DNA of 64,000 nt from an uncultured Alphaproteobacteria bacterium. Its GTDB lineage: Bacteria; Pseudomonadota; Alphaproteobacteria; Rhizobiales; Xanthobacteraceae. Positions within the stretch are counted from its first letter, which is position 1, and each line of letters begins with the position of its first letter. Positions 28,420 through 41,295 of this stretch are shown piece by piece. The DNA lies in NCBI GenBank assembly GCA_963702885.1, contig OY969766.1, forward strand, positions 3,497,389-3,561,388, written 5' to 3'. The translations under genes and the position numbers were made by a program. A model generated the notes under the pieces. That model did no database searches and was not told the DNA's origin. It saw nothing but the letters and a program-made list of their open reading frames with translations.

Positions 28420-29118
28420 CTAAAGACCGAGCCGCTGCGCCACCCGCTGCGCGGTCTGCCGCCGCTGGTCGGTGATGGCCTGCGCATTCTGTCGTGCGGT
28501 GCTCACGACGGTCGCCGGAGCGGTTTCCGGCGTGCCGGCATTGAAGGGCGGCTCGGGCGCATATTGCATATAAAGCTGGATCGCCTGCGCCGCCTCCTCG
28601 CCGCGCAGATCGGCGGCGACACGCAGCCCGCCGTCGATGCCGGCAGTGACGCCTGCGGCAAACACCATGTTGCCGTCGGCCACCACACGCTGGTTCACCG
28701 GGATGGCGCCGAAGATCGGCAGCAGTTCGAAGGCTGACCAATGCGTGGTCGCGCGCCTGCCCTTCAACAGACCGGCGGCGCCGCAAATCAGCGCACCGGT
28801 GCAGACCGACAGCACGCACTTTGCCCCCGCCGCCTGCTTGCGCACCCACGACAACACCTCCTCGTCCTCCATCAGCGCCTCCTGCCCGTAGCCGCCGGGC
28901 ACATGCAACACATCGAGCTGCGGCGCATCGGCGAGCAGCGCATCAGCCGCAAGGCGCAGCCCCCGAATGTCACGCACGGTGTCGAGGCTCTTGCCATAGA
29001 GGCGATATGTCGAGTTTGGGATGCGCGAGAGAATCTCGAACGGACCGGTGAGATCGATCTGGTCGAGGCCTTCGAACAACAGCGAGCCGATCTGAAGGTG
29101 GGTGTCGGACGGGATCAT
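28420..29118 (-). CDS. DJ-1/PfpI family protein (isonitrile hydratase-like)
   Basis: 232 aa with the nucleophile elbow SVCTGALICGAAGLL followed by ATTHW. Confidence 0.85.
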   Translation of the reverse strand: MIPSDTHLQIGSLLFEGLDQIDLTGPFEILSRIPNSTYRLYGKSLDTVRDIRGLRLAADALLADAPQLDVLHVPGGYGQEALMEDEEVLSWVRKQAAGAKCVLSVCTGALICGAAGLLKGRRATTHWSAFELLPIFGAIPVNQRVVADGNMVFAAGVTAGIDGGLRVAADLRGEEAAQAIQLYMQYAPEPPFNAGTPETAPATVVSTARQNAQAITDQRRQTAQRVAQRLGL

Positions 29119-29178
29119 GCGAGGCTCCGGAGAATGGGTCTGGACAAGCCGACCATAGGCTGACAGGCTCTGGCGGAT

Positions 29179-30168
29179 ATGCCAAAGACCCCTCGATTTC
29201 CGCCAAAGCCACGCCGCGTCGAAATCCTCGCCTTTCCCGGCGTGCAGCTGCTCGACGTCGCCGGACCGTTGCAGGTGTTCGCGACCACCAATGTCATTGC
29301 CACGAGGTCCGGCGGCACGGCGCCTTACGACCTACAGGTGGTCGCGCCGAAGGGTGCGCTGGTGACGACATCCGCCGGACTCGGATTGATGGCCGCCCCG
29401 CTACCGCGAAAGCAGCTTGCGCTCGATACCCTGCTGATCGCGGGCGGTGCAGGTGTGCGCGAGGCCGCGACCGACAAGGCGCTGATCAAATGGGTTCAGA
29501 GCCGTGCGGCGCAGGCGCGCCGCGTCGCCTCCGTGTGCACCGGCGCGTTCCTGCTCGGCGCGGCGGGATTGCTGGACGGCAAGCGCGCGGTGACGCACTG
29601 GACCGAATGCAATGAACTGGCCCGGCGCTTCCCTGCCATACGTGTCGAGCCCGATCCGATCTTCGTGCAGGACGGCGCGATCTGGAGCTCGGCCGGGATC
29701 ACCGCGGGCATCGATCTGGCACTGGCACTGGTGGAACAGGACATCGGGCGCGACATGGCGCTGGCCGTCGCGCGTCACCTCGTGGTGTTCCTCAAGCGGC
29801 CCGGCGGACAGGCACAGTTCAGCGCCGCTTTGTCGCTGCAAAACGCAGAGGATCGCTTCGGCGCGCTGCATCAGTGGATTTCAAATCATGTCGGTGGCGA
29901 TCTGTCGCTGCCCACGCTGGCGCAACAGGCCGGCATGAGCGAACGCAGCTTCAGCCGCCGCTATGTCGAAGCCACCGGGCAAACGCCGGCGCGCGCGGTG
30001 GAGCGATTGCGGGTGGAAGCCGCGCGGCGTCTGCTCTCCGACACCCGCCTGCCGGTCAAGCGCATCGCCGAACGCTGCGGATTCGGATCAGAAGAAACCA
30101 TGCGCCGCAGCTTCGTGCGCACGCTGGCCGCGACGCCGCAGGACTATCGCGCGCGGTTCAGTTCATAA
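29179..30168 (+). CDS. GlxA family AraC-type transcriptional regulator
   Basis: 329 aa: an N-terminal DJ-1-like domain (SVCTGAFLLGAAGLL) plus a C-terminal AraC HTH (LAQQAGMSERSFSRRY...IAERCGFGSEETMRRSF). It is divergent from the DJ-1 gene. Confidence 0.85.
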   Translation: MPKTPRFPPKPRRVEILAFPGVQLLDVAGPLQVFATTNVIATRSGGTAPYDLQVVAPKGALVTTSAGLGLMAAPLPRKQLALDTLLIAGGAGVREAATDKALIKWVQSRAAQARRVASVCTGAFLLGAAGLLDGKRAVTHWTECNELARRFPAIRVEPDPIFVQDGAIWSSAGITAGIDLALALVEQDIGRDMALAVARHLVVFLKRPGGQAQFSAALSLQNAEDRFGALHQWISNHVGGDLSLPTLAQQAGMSERSFSRRYVEATGQTPARAVERLRVEAARRLLSDTRLPVKRIAERCGFGSEETMRRSFVRTLAATPQDYRARFSS

Positions 30169-30202
30169 GATCAGGGATACGAGCGCAGGATGAAGCCTGC
30201 GC

Positions 30203-31798
30203 TCACTCCCACTCGATCGTGCCGGGCGGCTTCGAGGTCACGTCATAGACGACGCGGTTGACGCCCTTGACCTCGTTGATGATGCGCGTTGCGGCAAGGG
30301 CGAGGAATTGCATATCGAACGGATAGAAGTCCGCCGTCATGCCATCGGTCGAGGTCACGGCGCGCAGGCCGACGACAAATTCGTAGGTGCGGCCGTCGCC
30401 CATCACGCCGACGGTCTTGACCGGCAGCAGCACCGCGAACGCCTGCCAGATGGTGTCGTAGAGGCCAGCGCGGCGAATCTCCTCGATATAGACCGCATCG
30501 GCCTGACGTAGGATCTCGAGCTTCTCATGCGTGATCTCGCCCGGGCAGCGGATCGCGAGGCCCGGCCCCGGAAACGGATGCCGCCCGACGAACACGTCCG
30601 GCAAGCCCAGTTCGCGGCCGAGCGCACGCACCTCGTCCTTGAACAGTTCGCGCAGCGGCTCGACCAGCTTCATGTTCATGCGTTCGGGCAAGCCGCCGAC
30701 ATTGTGGTGCGACTTGATGGTCACGGACGGACCGCCGGTGAACGATACGCTCTCGATCACGTCGGGATAGAGCGTGCCCTGGGCGAGGAAATCCGCGCCG
30801 CCGATCTTTTTGGCCTCGGCATCGAACACATCGATGAACAGTTTGCCGATGATCTTGCGCTTGCGTTCCGGATCGGTGACGCCAGCAAGCTCGCCGAGGA
30901 ATTGCTTCGATGCATCAACATGCAGGAGCGGAATGTTGTAGTGGTGACGGAACAGATCGACCACCGTCTCGGCCTCGGCAAGACGCAGCAGGCCATGATC
31001 GACGAACACGCAGGTGAGCTGGTCGCCGATCGCTTCGTGGATCAACACCGCCGCCACGGCGGAATCGACACCGCCGGACAGACCGCAGATCACCCGTCCC
31101 TTGCCGACCTGCGCGCGGATCTTCTCGATCGCTTCCTCGCGGAAGGCGCGCATGGTCCAGTCGCCCTTGAGGCCAGCGACCTTGCGCACGAAATTACGGA
31201 TGAGCTTCTCGCCATCCGGCGTATGCACGACCTCGGGGTGAAACTGCATCGCGTAGAATTTGCGCTTGTCATCAGCGATGACGGAAATCGGCGAGCCTGG
31301 AGCTTTCGCCACGCCGCGGAAACCTTCCGGCAGCTTGGTGACGCGGTCACCATGGCTCATCCAGACGTCGTAATGCCCGCCCTTCTCCCACACGCCATCG
31401 AACAGCATGCAGTTGTCGGTTACTTCAATCTTCGCACGGCCGAACTCGCGGTGATGTCCACCCTCCACCGTGCCGCCCAGTTGCTGCGCCATGGTCTGCT
31501 CGCCATAGCAGATGCCAAGCACCGGCACGCCGGCGGTAAAGATCGACATCGGCGCCGATGGCGCGCCCGGCTCAAGCACCGAGGCCGGACCGCCGGACAG
31601 GATCACCGCCTTCGGCTTCATCTGCGCAAACGCGGTTTCTGCCTTCTGGAACGGCACGATCTCGGAATAGACGCCCTCTTCGCGGACGCGGCGGGCGATC
31701 AACTGGGTCACCTGAGAGCCGAAATCGACAATCAGAATCTTGTCGTGCGCGGCCGCCGGGTCGGTGGCCGCTTTCGAGGTCTGGCTGTGCTCTGTCAT
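30203..31798 (-). CDS. guaA: GMP synthase (glutamine-hydrolysing)
   Basis: 531 aa with GATase (ICYGEQ), the ATP-PPase P-loop GLSGGVDS and the C-terminal PPGTIEWE. Confidence 0.95.
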   Translation of the reverse strand: MTEHSQTSKAATDPAAAHDKILIVDFGSQVTQLIARRVREEGVYSEIVPFQKAETAFAQMKPKAVILSGGPASVLEPGAPSAPMSIFTAGVPVLGICYGEQTMAQQLGGTVEGGHHREFGRAKIEVTDNCMLFDGVWEKGGHYDVWMSHGDRVTKLPEGFRGVAKAPGSPISVIADDKRKFYAMQFHPEVVHTPDGEKLIRNFVRKVAGLKGDWTMRAFREEAIEKIRAQVGKGRVICGLSGGVDSAVAAVLIHEAIGDQLTCVFVDHGLLRLAEAETVVDLFRHHYNIPLLHVDASKQFLGELAGVTDPERKRKIIGKLFIDVFDAEAKKIGGADFLAQGTLYPDVIESVSFTGGPSVTIKSHHNVGGLPERMNMKLVEPLRELFKDEVRALGRELGLPDVFVGRHPFPGPGLAIRCPGEITHEKLEILRQADAVYIEEIRRAGLYDTIWQAFAVLLPVKTVGVMGDGRTYEFVVGLRAVTSTDGMTADFYPFDMQFLALAATRIINEVKGVNRVVYDVTSKPPGTIEWE

Positions 31799-31861
31799 GG
31801 CATGGAGATACGCGACCCCGCAGGGGGTCGCAATGCCGCCGGGCGGTTATCTGCCGGATTT

Positions 31862-33166
31862 TCAGGCGGCCTGCCGCCGCAGGATCGCGACAAAGAACCC
31901 GTCGGTCCCGGTCCGCCGCGGGGTCATCAGCAGCCCCTCGGGGGACAGCAGGGCCGCGGCGGCGAAGTCCGGGCCACGCTCGCCCAGCGCATCCGCCACC
32001 TGCGTGGGTGGCACCACCGCGAATTCCGGATGGCGCTGGATAAAAGCTGCTACCTGCGCGGAATTCTCCTGCGCCAGCACCGAGCAGGTGATGTAGCCGA
32101 TCCGTCCGCCCGGCTTCACCAGCGGCGCGGCGCGCTCCAGCACCTCGACCTGATCCTTGACGCGGACTTCCAGCGCGCCCGGCCGCATCCGCCATTTCGC
32201 GTCCGGATTGCGCCGCCACGTGCCGGTTCCGGTGCACGGGGCATCGATCACCACGAGATCGGCGCTGGCCCGGATATCGGCCAGCGTATCGTCCGGTCCT
32301 TTTGGCGCGCGGACATCGGCGTTATGGACACCGGCGCGCGACAGCCGCTCGTGAATCGGCGCAAGCTGCCGCTTGTCGCGATCGGTCGCGATCAAGCGGC
32401 CCTTGCCCTGCATCATCGCCGCCAGCGCCAGCGTCTTGCCACCGGCCCCCGCGCACATGTCGATCACCTGCTCGCCGGGACGGGCACCGGTCAGAAGGGC
32501 CGCAAGCTGCGAGCCTTCGTCCTGCACCTCGATGCCGCCCTTGATGAAATCCTCTTCGGCATGGATGCCTGGATTGCGGGCATCGGCACCAAGCTCGATG
32601 CGCAGGCCAAGCGGCGACCATGGCGTCGGCCGCGCACCGAGATGCGCCAGCGAGGCCAGCGCCTTCTCGCGCTTGGCTTTCAGGGTATTGACGCGCAGAT
32701 CGAGCGGGGCGCGGCTCGCCATCGCGGTGGCTTCCGCCGCCCGGTCATCGCCAAAGACCTCGGCCAGATGCGGATCAAGCCATTCCGGATAGTCGCCCGC
32801 GATATGAGCGGGCGCATTTCGCAGCGAGCGCGAGGTCAGCGCGCTCCGTTCCACATCAGTCAACGGTTCAGGCGCAAAGCGCCCGCCATCGCACAGTGCC
32901 GTGATGGCATCGACATCAAGCCCGCGTTCGAGCTTGAGCATGCCCAGCAACCGCGCCCGCGGGGTGTCGCCGTCGAGAAGATAGGCGCTCGAGGCGCGGC
33001 GGCGCAGAACATCGAACACCAGACCCGCGATCGCGGCACGGTCGCCCGAGCCGGCAAACCGATGAGCGGTGCCCCACTCCTTGAGTGCATTCTGGGCGGG
33101 AATCCGCTGGGACTCGATAGCTCCGAGGACTTCAATAGCTGCGGACAGCCGTGCGGCGGGCGTCAT
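31862..33166 (-). CDS. RsmB/NOP family class I SAM-dependent RNA (cytosine-C5) methyltransferase
   Basis: ATG at 33164-33166. Contains SAM motif DMCAGAGGKT and catalytic DAPCTGTGTWRRNPD. Confidence 0.85.
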   Translation of the reverse strand: MTPAARLSAAIEVLGAIESQRIPAQNALKEWGTAHRFAGSGDRAAIAGLVFDVLRRRASSAYLLDGDTPRARLLGMLKLERGLDVDAITALCDGGRFAPEPLTDVERSALTSRSLRNAPAHIAGDYPEWLDPHLAEVFGDDRAAEATAMASRAPLDLRVNTLKAKREKALASLAHLGARPTPWSPLGLRIELGADARNPGIHAEEDFIKGGIEVQDEGSQLAALLTGARPGEQVIDMCAGAGGKTLALAAMMQGKGRLIATDRDKRQLAPIHERLSRAGVHNADVRAPKGPDDTLADIRASADLVVIDAPCTGTGTWRRNPDAKWRMRPGALEVRVKDQVEVLERAAPLVKPGGRIGYITCSVLAQENSAQVAAFIQRHPEFAVVPPTQVADALGERGPDFAAAALLSPEGLLMTPRRTGTDGFFVAILRRQAA

Positions 33167-33191
33167 GAATATCTTTCTGAAAGGCGGCCTG

Positions 33192-33554
33192 TCACCAGAG
33201 CGGAAACAGCACGCGCAAGGCGAAGTAGACCCACATCGCGAGCAGCACCAGCGCGCCCGCGACAAAGAGAGACGATCCCCGCGCCTCGGCGGTTCGGAGC
33301 AGCAGGCCAGCCTGAAACAGTTCGATCACCACGAACACCCAAGCCAGCAGCACCATCACGAGGTCGGCCTGGCGGAGCGGAATGGCGAGCGCCACCAGAA
33401 TATAGAACATGATGTGCAGATGCGCGCTAATTCCTCGCGCCGGCGTCGAGACTTCACCACCAGCGATCGCAAAACGCCGTCCAGTGCCCAGCAGCACCGC
33501 AAATGTCAGGCCAACCAGCACAAACACCGGTAGCAGGATCATCTGGACGAGCAT
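33192..33554 (-). CDS. small four-helix membrane protein (possibly MAPEG-like)
   Basis: 120-aa hydrophobic ORF between guaB and the rsmB-like gene, on the same strand. The family assignment is tentative. Confidence 0.5.
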   Translation of the reverse strand: MLVQMILLPVFVLVGLTFAVLLGTGRRFAIAGGEVSTPARGISAHLHIMFYILVALAIPLRQADLVMVLLAWVFVVIELFQAGLLLRTAEARGSSLFVAGALVLLAMWVYFALRVLFPLW

Positions 33555-33632
33555 GGCAGTCTCCTTAGGGTGAACTTCAATAAGTATCGCGATGCGAACT
33601 AATGAAGTTCGACACCCATCGTTCCGATGCCG

Positions 33633-35141
<1,509 letters not shown>

Positions 35142-35462
35142 TCAGCAGCCGTGCGGCCGCGCTAAAACTGAGGATAAGCGACGCCCGGCGATGCTGTCAG
35201 CATCGCCTCGAATCGAGGCTCATCGAGAGGATTGGCGGTGGTCGATAGCATGCCGAACCTCCGTTTCAAAGCATTTCCCCGCATTTTCACGGGCTTTTTC
35301 CGCACATCACGCATGCAATCGCGGTCCGGACGCGGGAACGGAGACCCTCACGACGAGTTTATTGCCCCGACCCACTCCATGCCTTAAAGGGCGACCAAAA
35401 ACGCAGGCCTTGCGTTCCCGCCGCATTCCGCCACCCACCAGCCCTGCTTCCAAACCGAGGCC

Positions 35463-36926
35463 ATGCAGAAAGAACGCCTCATCCCGCTGATCGTCGCCTG
35501 CGCCCTGTTCATGGAAAACATGGACTCCACGGTGATCGCGACCTCGCTTCCGGCGATTGCGACGGACATCGGCACCAGTCCTCTCACGCTCAAGCTCGCC
35601 ATCACGTCCTATCTGCTATCGCTGGCGGTCTTCATCCCGGCGAGCGGCTGGACCGCGGACCGGTTCGGCGCGCGCGCGGTCTTCAGCACTGCAATCGGCG
35701 TCTTCATGGTCGGCTCGATCGGCTGCGCGGTCGCAAGCTCGCTCACCGATTTTGTGTTCGCACGCATCGTGCAGGGGTTTGGCGGCGCGATGATGGTGCC
35801 GGTTGGTCGGCTGGTCCTGCTGCGCACCATCGACAAGAGCGTGCTGGTCAATGCTATGGCGTGGGTCACGATCCCGGCTTTGGTCGGACCGGTGGTCGGC
35901 CCGCCGCTCGGCGGCTTCATCACCACTTACTTCTCGTGGCACTGGATCTTCCTGATCAACATTCCGATCGGCCTGCTCGGCATCTTCCTGGCGCTGAAAT
36001 ACATCGACCCAATCAAGAGCGAGAATCCGGAGCGTTTCGATCTGGTCGGTCTCGCTCTCGCCGGTGCCGGCGTCGCAGGGCTCGCATTCGGCCTCTCCGT
36101 GGCCGGGCTTGATCTCCTGCCCTGGCAAGTGGTGGTGACCCTGATCCTGGGCGGCGCGGTCGCGATGGGCCTATATATCTGGCACGCGCGGCGAACCGCC
36201 TCCCCGGTGCTCGATTTCACATTACTGCGGCACACGACGCTGCGCGCCAGCCTCGGTGGCGGCTTCCTGTTCCGCATGGGGGTCGGCGCGCTGCCATTCC
36301 TGTTGCCGCTGCTGATGCAGATCGGATTCGGACTGTCGCCGTTCAAATCCGGCATGGTGACTTTTGCTTCAGCGGTCGGCGCCATGGGTATGAAAACGCT
36401 GGCCGCGCGCATCATCCGCACCTTCGGATTCCGCCCCGTTCTGATCATCAACGGCCTGATCGCCTGCGTCTCGATGGCGGCCTGCGCCTTGTTCACGCCT
36501 TCGACGCCGCTCCTGCTGATCATGTTTGTGCTGATCGTCGGCGGCTTCTTCCGGTCGCTGCAATTCACCGCCGTCAACACCATGGCGTATGCCGACGTCA
36601 GCATCTCAGAAATGAGCCGGGCAACCACGCTCGCCAGCGTCAATCAGCAACTGGCGATCTCGGCCGGTGTGGCGCTCGGTGCGTTTGCGGTGGAAGCGAC
36701 GCTGGCGATGCGTCAGTCCACCAAACTCAGCGCCGCTGACTTCGCGCCGGCTTTCGTGGTGATCTCGCTGGTGGCGGCCACCTCGACCTGGGCATTCTAC
36801 AGGCTGCCGCAGAATGCCGGCCATCAGGTGTCCGGTCGCAAGGTGAGCGTGCACAAGGGACCAAAAGCAGCGCAGACCGCGCCGAGCGAAGGCACCGCCG
36901 AAGTGCGCGACCAGCGGCTCAATTGA
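35463..36926 (+). CDS. MFS transporter, DHA2 (EmrB/QacA-like, 14-TM) family
   Basis: 487 aa. Contains [13 protein letters not shown] and the motif [10 protein letters not shown]. Its 3' end overlaps the convergent rlmE by 8 nt. Confidence 0.85.
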   Translation: MQKERLIPLIVACALFMENMDSTVIATSLPAIATDIGTSPLTLKLAITSYLLSLAVFIPASGWTADRFGARAVFSTAIGVFMVGSIGCAVASSLTDFVFARIVQGFGGAMMVPVGRLVLLRTIDKSVLVNAMAWVTIPALVGPVVGPPLGGFITTYFSWHWIFLINIPIGLLGIFLALKYIDPIKSENPERFDLVGLALAGAGVAGLAFGLSVAGLDLLPWQVVVTLILGGAVAMGLYIWHARRTASPVLDFTLLRHTTLRASLGGGFLFRMGVGALPFLLPLLMQIGFGLSPFKSGMVTFASAVGAMGMKTLAARIIRTFGFRPVLIINGLIACVSMAACALFTPSTPLLLIMFVLIVGGFFRSLQFTAVNTMAYADVSISEMSRATTLASVNQQLAISAGVALGAFAVEATLAMRQSTKLSAADFAPAFVVISLVAATSTWAFYRLPQNAGHQVSGRKVSVHKGPKAAQTAPSEGTAEVRDQRLN

Positions 36927-37632
36927 GATTATCGTCGTCTGGCTGCCCGGTGACGCCGGTTCCGCGATATCCCGTCGCCAGCACATAGCGTTCCGAAGAG
37001 TCCTGCCGGCTTGCCGCCGGTTTGACATGGCGCACGGTGGTGAAGTCGCGTTTGAGCTGCGCCAGCAGCGCGGCATCGGCGCCGCTCTGGAACACCTTGG
37101 CGACGAATGTGCCGCCGGGATTCAGCACCTCGGCCGCAAACGCCGCAGCACTTTCGACCAGTCCGATGATCCTGAGCTGGTCGGTCTTGCGGTGGCCCGT
37201 GGTGTTCGCCGCCATGTCCGACATCACGACATCGGCGCCGCCAGCCATCAGGGCCCGCAACTTCTCCGGCGCATTCTCGGCGAGAAAATCAAGCTGCGCG
37301 AAGGTCACGCCGGGAATTTCCGGCATCTCCAGCAGGTCGATCGCCACTACCTTGCCCTTGCCGCGATCGGAGCCGACGCGCTTGGCCGCGATCTGGCTCC
37401 AGCCGCCTGGCGCAGCGCCCAGATCAATGACGGATTGACCTATTTTCAGGAAACGGAACTTGTCATCCATCTCCTGCAGCTTGTAGGCCGCGCGCGAGCG
37501 AAAGCCGTCGCGCTTGGCCTGCGCGACATAGGGATCGTTGAGCTGGCGCTCGAGCCAGAGCTTCGATGACAGCTTGCGCTTGCCACCGCTCTTGACCGTG
37601 ACATGAAGCCGGCCGGTGTCGTCCTTCGCCAT
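36919..37632 (-). CDS. rlmE: 23S rRNA (uridine2552-2'-O)-methyltransferase RlmE/FtsJ
   Basis: Contains [19 protein letters not shown] and [11 protein letters not shown]. Confidence 0.9.
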   Translation of the reverse strand: MAKDDTGRLHVTVKSGGKRKLSSKLWLERQLNDPYVAQAKRDGFRSRAAYKLQEMDDKFRFLKIGQSVIDLGAAPGGWSQIAAKRVGSDRGKGKVVAIDLLEMPEIPGVTFAQLDFLAENAPEKLRALMAGGADVVMSDMAANTTGHRKTDQLRIIGLVESAAAFAAEVLNPGGTFVAKVFQSGADAALLAQLKRDFTTVRHVKPAASRQDSSERYVLATGYRGTGVTGQPDDDNLN

Positions 37633-37639
37633 GGTGTGC

Positions 37640-38701
37640 CTATGACGCCTGCACGAAGCCGTCGCTTCGCATCATCTCGACCAACATGCCCTCGCGCAGA
37701 CCACGATCGGCGACGCGCAGGCGCGGCATCGGGAAGGCATTGCGGATCGCATCCAGAATCGCGCATCCGGCAAGCACGAGGTCAGCCCTCTCGGTGCCGA
37801 TGCATGCGTTCTCGGCGCGCTCCCGATAGTTCATCGACAAAAGCATCTCAATCGCCTCGGTGATGTCGCTTTCGCTCATCCAAATGCCGTCGACCCGGCG
37901 GCGATCGTAACGTTCGAGGCCAAGATGTACACCAGCCACGGTGGTCACCGTGCCGGAGGTACCGAGCAGATGCATGCCCGCAACATCGTTGCCATGTTCA
38001 GCGGCGAACGGCGCAAGATGCTCGGCGACATGATCGACCATCGCGTCATAAAGCTGCGGCGTCACCTCGACGCCACCAAAATGCTCGGCAAGCGTCACGA
38101 CGCCAAGCGGCAGCGAGATCCACGGTCCCTTGACCGCGGACGCGCGGGGCTGATCCTTCGGACGGCTGACCTGCATCACCTCGGTCGAACCGCCGCCGAT
38201 ATCGAACAGGATCGCACCGCTGGCGTTCCGGTCTAGCAAGGGCGAACACCCGATCGCCGCCAATGTGGACTCGGTTTCCCGGTCGATGATTTCAAGATCG
38301 ATCCCCGCTTCCGTCCTGATGCGGTCAAGGAAAGCATCCGAATTCTCGGCGGCGCGACACGCCTCGGTCGCAATCGTGCGCAGGCGACGCGCGCCCTTGG
38401 CGTCGATCTTGTCGCGGCAGATCGAGAGCGCACCGACGGCCCGTTCAATCGCCGCTTCACTGATGCGCCCCGTGGAGGAAACTCCCTCTCCCAACCGGAT
38501 GATGCGGGAAAAGGAATCCACCACCCGGAATCCGTCCTGGGACGGACGCGCGATCAGCAGGCGGCAATTGTTGGTGCCGAGATCGATCGCAGCATAAGCC
38601 GGCGATCCCCTGAGCCCGGTCGCGCAAGGGTTCACCGGTTGATTTATAGGCAGACCGGCGCGGGGCTCAACGCTCCCGCGCGATCGCACGTCCTCGGACA
38701 T
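37640..38701 (-). CDS. Ppx/GppA family phosphatase (exopolyphosphatase)
   Basis: [15 protein letters not shown] and DIGGGSTE are ASKHA-fold motifs. Confidence 0.85.
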   Translation of the reverse strand: MSEDVRSRGSVEPRAGLPINQPVNPCATGLRGSPAYAAIDLGTNNCRLLIARPSQDGFRVVDSFSRIIRLGEGVSSTGRISEAAIERAVGALSICRDKIDAKGARRLRTIATEACRAAENSDAFLDRIRTEAGIDLEIIDRETESTLAAIGCSPLLDRNASGAILFDIGGGSTEVMQVSRPKDQPRASAVKGPWISLPLGVVTLAEHFGGVEVTPQLYDAMVDHVAEHLAPFAAEHGNDVAGMHLLGTSGTVTTVAGVHLGLERYDRRRVDGIWMSESDITEAIEMLLSMNYRERAENACIGTERADLVLAGCAILDAIRNAFPMPRLRVADRGLREGMLVEMMRSDGFVQAS

Positions 38702-38912
38702 CCAAAGCCATCTCTGCGCCTGCTCATGGCGGCGCGCTGATTTTCCGTTCCTGGTAAGTGTACCAGCGCGGCAACACCCGGCGCAATGACGAGGCCGTAT
38801 AGCGCTTCGTCCCCGGAGTGCTTGATCCCAATCAAGAATTTGCTCCCCGCCGCGGGCAGATCATGATATCGCACTGCAAAATCAGAGCAGCCCAGACGGG
38901 AACCAGCCATCG

Positions 38913-39371
38913 ATGCGAATCTATATCGACGCGGATGCCTGTCCGGTGAAGGACGAAATCTATCGCGTCGCGCAGCGCCACCGATGGCCGGTGAGCGTGG
39001 TCGCTGGCGGCTATATCCGTATTCCTGACGATCCGGGTATCGAGCGCGTCTCGGCTGGGCCAGGAATGGACGCGGCAGACGACTGGATTGCCGAACGGGC
39101 CGGGAAACGCGATATCGTGATCACCTTCGACATTCCGCTCGCCAGCCGCTGCGTCAAGGCCGGCGCGGAGGTTATCGCACCCAATGGCAAGGCCTACACT
39201 GAGGACTCCATCGGCATGGCGCTGGCCGTGCGTAATCTCATGACCGACCTGCGTTCCAGCGGTGAAGTCACCGGCGGGCCGCGTGGATTTACCCCGCGCG
39301 ACCGCTCCACATTTCTCGCAACGCTCGATCAGACCATCCGCCGCATTTTGCGTGCCCAACAGACATCTTGA
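38913..39371 (+). CDS. YaiI/YqxD family protein (UPF0178)
   Basis: 152 aa starting MRIYIDADACPVKDEIYRVA, the signature N-terminus of the family. Confidence 0.85.
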   Translation: MRIYIDADACPVKDEIYRVAQRHRWPVSVVAGGYIRIPDDPGIERVSAGPGMDAADDWIAERAGKRDIVITFDIPLASRCVKAGAEVIAPNGKAYTEDSIGMALAVRNLMTDLRSSGEVTGGPRGFTPRDRSTFLATLDQTIRRILRAQQTS

Positions 39372-39376
39372 GGATC

Positions 39377-41197
39377 ATGGCGCCACCGCTCATCCAATTG
39401 AAAGATATCGCGCTGACGTTCGGCGGCACGCCGCTACTCAGCGGCGTCGAACTCAGTGTCTCGCAGGGCGAACGCGTCTGCCTGATCGGACGCAACGGCT
39501 CGGGCAAGTCCACCTTGCTGAAGATCGTCGCGGGACTGATCGACGCCGATCGCGGCAGCCGCTTCGTACAGCCCGGAGCGACCATTCGCTACCTGCCGCA
39601 GGAGCCAGACTTCGCCGGCGCCGCGACGACCCTCGCCTATGTCGAGGCCGGGCTCAGCCCCGGTGACGACCATTATCAGGCGCAATATTTGCTGGAACGG
39701 CTTGGCCTCACCGGCCAGGAAGATCCTGCGCATCTGTCCGGCGGCGAAGCGCGCCGCGCCGCACTGGCGCGGGTGCTGGCGCCTTCACCCGACATCCTTC
39801 TGCTCGACGAGCCGACCAACCATCTCGATCTCAGCACAATCGAATGGCTGGAGAGCGAACTCGCCTCACGTCGCAGTGCGCTGGTGATGATCAGCCATGA
39901 CCGGCGCTTCCTCTCCAACCTCTCACGCGCCACAGCCTGGCTGGATCGCGGGCAGACCCGGCGGATCGAAAAAGGCTTTGCCGCGTTTGAGGCCTGGCGC
40001 GACGAGGTGCTGGCCGAGGAAGAGCGCGAGCAGCACAAGCTCGATCGCAAGATCGTCGCCGAAGAGCACTGGCTGCGCTACGGCGTCTCCGGCCGGCGCA
40101 AGCGCAATGTCAAGCGGCTCGGAAACCTGTTCGCGCTGCGCGAGCAGCGCCGCGACTATCGCGGAGCCATGGGCAAGGCAAACCTCGCGGCTACCGAAGC
40201 CGAGGCATCGGGCAAGCTGGTGATCGAGGCCAAGCGGATCAGCAAATCCTATGGCGAGCGTGCCATTATCGATGATTTCTCGATCCGTGTGGCGCGCGGC
40301 GACCGCGTCGGCATCGTCGGCCCGAACGGCGCCGGCAAGACCACGCTGATCAATATCCTCACCGGCACCGATACACCCGACAGCGGTACGATCCGGCTCG
40401 GCGCCAATATCGAGATGGCAACACTCGACCAGCATCGCGAAAGCCTCGACCCGAAATCCACGCTCGCCGAGACGCTGACCGGCGGCCGCGGCGACACGAT
40501 CACGGTCGGCGGCAAGTCGAAGCATGTCGTCAGCTACATGAAGGACTTTCTGTTCACGCAGGAGCAGGCCCGCACGCCGCTGGAGGCGCTGTCGGGCGGT
40601 GAGCGCGGCCGCCTGATGCTGGCGCGGGCGCTGGCGAAACCCTCCAACCTCCTGGTGCTGGACGAGCCGACCAATGATCTCGATCTTGAAACGCTCGACG
40701 TGCTGGAAGAGATGCTCGGCGACTATGATGGCACCGTGATCCTGATCAGCCACGACCGCGACTTCCTCGATCGCGTGGTGACCTCAGTGATCGTGCCCGA
40801 AGGGCGCGGCAAATGGGTGGAGTATGCCGGCGGCTATTCCGACATGCTGGCGCAGCGCGGCGAGGATCTTCAGGAGAAAGCCGTCAAGTCGGCACCAGTG
40901 GAGCAGGCCAAGGACACCAAACCAGCACCTGCCCCGTCAGCATCTTCCGGAAAGCGCCGGCTCAGCTTCAACGAAAAGCACGCGCTGGAAACCTTGCCGA
41001 AAACGATGGCCAAGCTGCAGAAGGACATTGCGGGCTATCAACAGCAGCTCGACGACCCGCAGCTCTATGCAAAGGACCGCAAAGCGTTCGACACCGCTTC
41101 CGCCGCCATTGCGAAGGCACACGCAGAGCTCGAAGCCGCCGAGGAGAAATGGCTGGCGCTCGAAATCCTGCGCGAGGAAATCGAAGGAACGGCCTAG
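39377..41197 (+). CDS. ABC-F family ATPase (Uup-like, with a C-terminal coiled coil)
   Basis: Two ABC cassettes (GRNGSGKST and GPNGAGKTT; LSGGE twice) joined by a charged linker. ATG at 39377; the ORF-track start at 39368 is TTG. Confidence 0.9.
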   Translation: MAPPLIQLKDIALTFGGTPLLSGVELSVSQGERVCLIGRNGSGKSTLLKIVAGLIDADRGSRFVQPGATIRYLPQEPDFAGAATTLAYVEAGLSPGDDHYQAQYLLERLGLTGQEDPAHLSGGEARRAALARVLAPSPDILLLDEPTNHLDLSTIEWLESELASRRSALVMISHDRRFLSNLSRATAWLDRGQTRRIEKGFAAFEAWRDEVLAEEEREQHKLDRKIVAEEHWLRYGVSGRRKRNVKRLGNLFALREQRRDYRGAMGKANLAATEAEASGKLVIEAKRISKSYGERAIIDDFSIRVARGDRVGIVGPNGAGKTTLINILTGTDTPDSGTIRLGANIEMATLDQHRESLDPKSTLAETLTGGRGDTITVGGKSKHVVSYMKDFLFTQEQARTPLEALSGGERGRLMLARALAKPSNLLVLDEPTNDLDLETLDVLEEMLGDYDGTVILISHDRDFLDRVVTSVIVPEGRGKWVEYAGGYSDMLAQRGEDLQEKAVKSAPVEQAKDTKPAPAPSASSGKRRLSFNEKHALETLPKTMAKLQKDIAGYQQQLDDPQLYAKDRKAFDTASAAIAKAHAELEAAEEKWLALEILREEIEGTA

Positions 41198-41234
41198 CCG
41201 CTCGGCACCCCGCCTCTCCCCCTGCCAAAAAAAC

Positions 41235-41263
41235 ATCCGCGCCATGGAGGCCATGGCGCGGAT
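41235..41263. terminator. bidirectional intrinsic terminator between the ABC-F gene and the convergent binding-protein gene
   Basis: ATCCGCGCCATGG-agg-CCATGGCGCGGAT, a perfect 13-bp stem, with an A7 run on one side and a T-rich tract on the other. Confidence 0.75.
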
Positions 41264-41295
41264 TGATCTTTCAACAAACAGGATGATCTAGCCGA

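Noticed and set aside
28402-28422. TTCTAAA half-site resembling the Bradyrhizobium iron control element (ICE, Irr box).
   Set aside because: Only one half-site matches. The other half (TGCAGAA, with the wrong spacing) is poor, and the match overlaps the stop codon of the DJ-1 gene rather than a promoter.
30527-33412. A 961-aa plus-strand ORF, together with other very long ORFs antisense to known genes (12114-13691 opposite purF, 16110-17348 opposite der, 18736-20217 opposite panB/nnrU, 33804-35165 opposite guaB).
   Set aside because: They are shadow ORFs of the kind expected in GC-rich DNA. Their translations are Arg/Ala/Gly/His-rich with no recognisable motifs, whereas the opposite strand encodes textbook GuaA, RsmB-like, PurF, Der, PanB and GuaB sequences.
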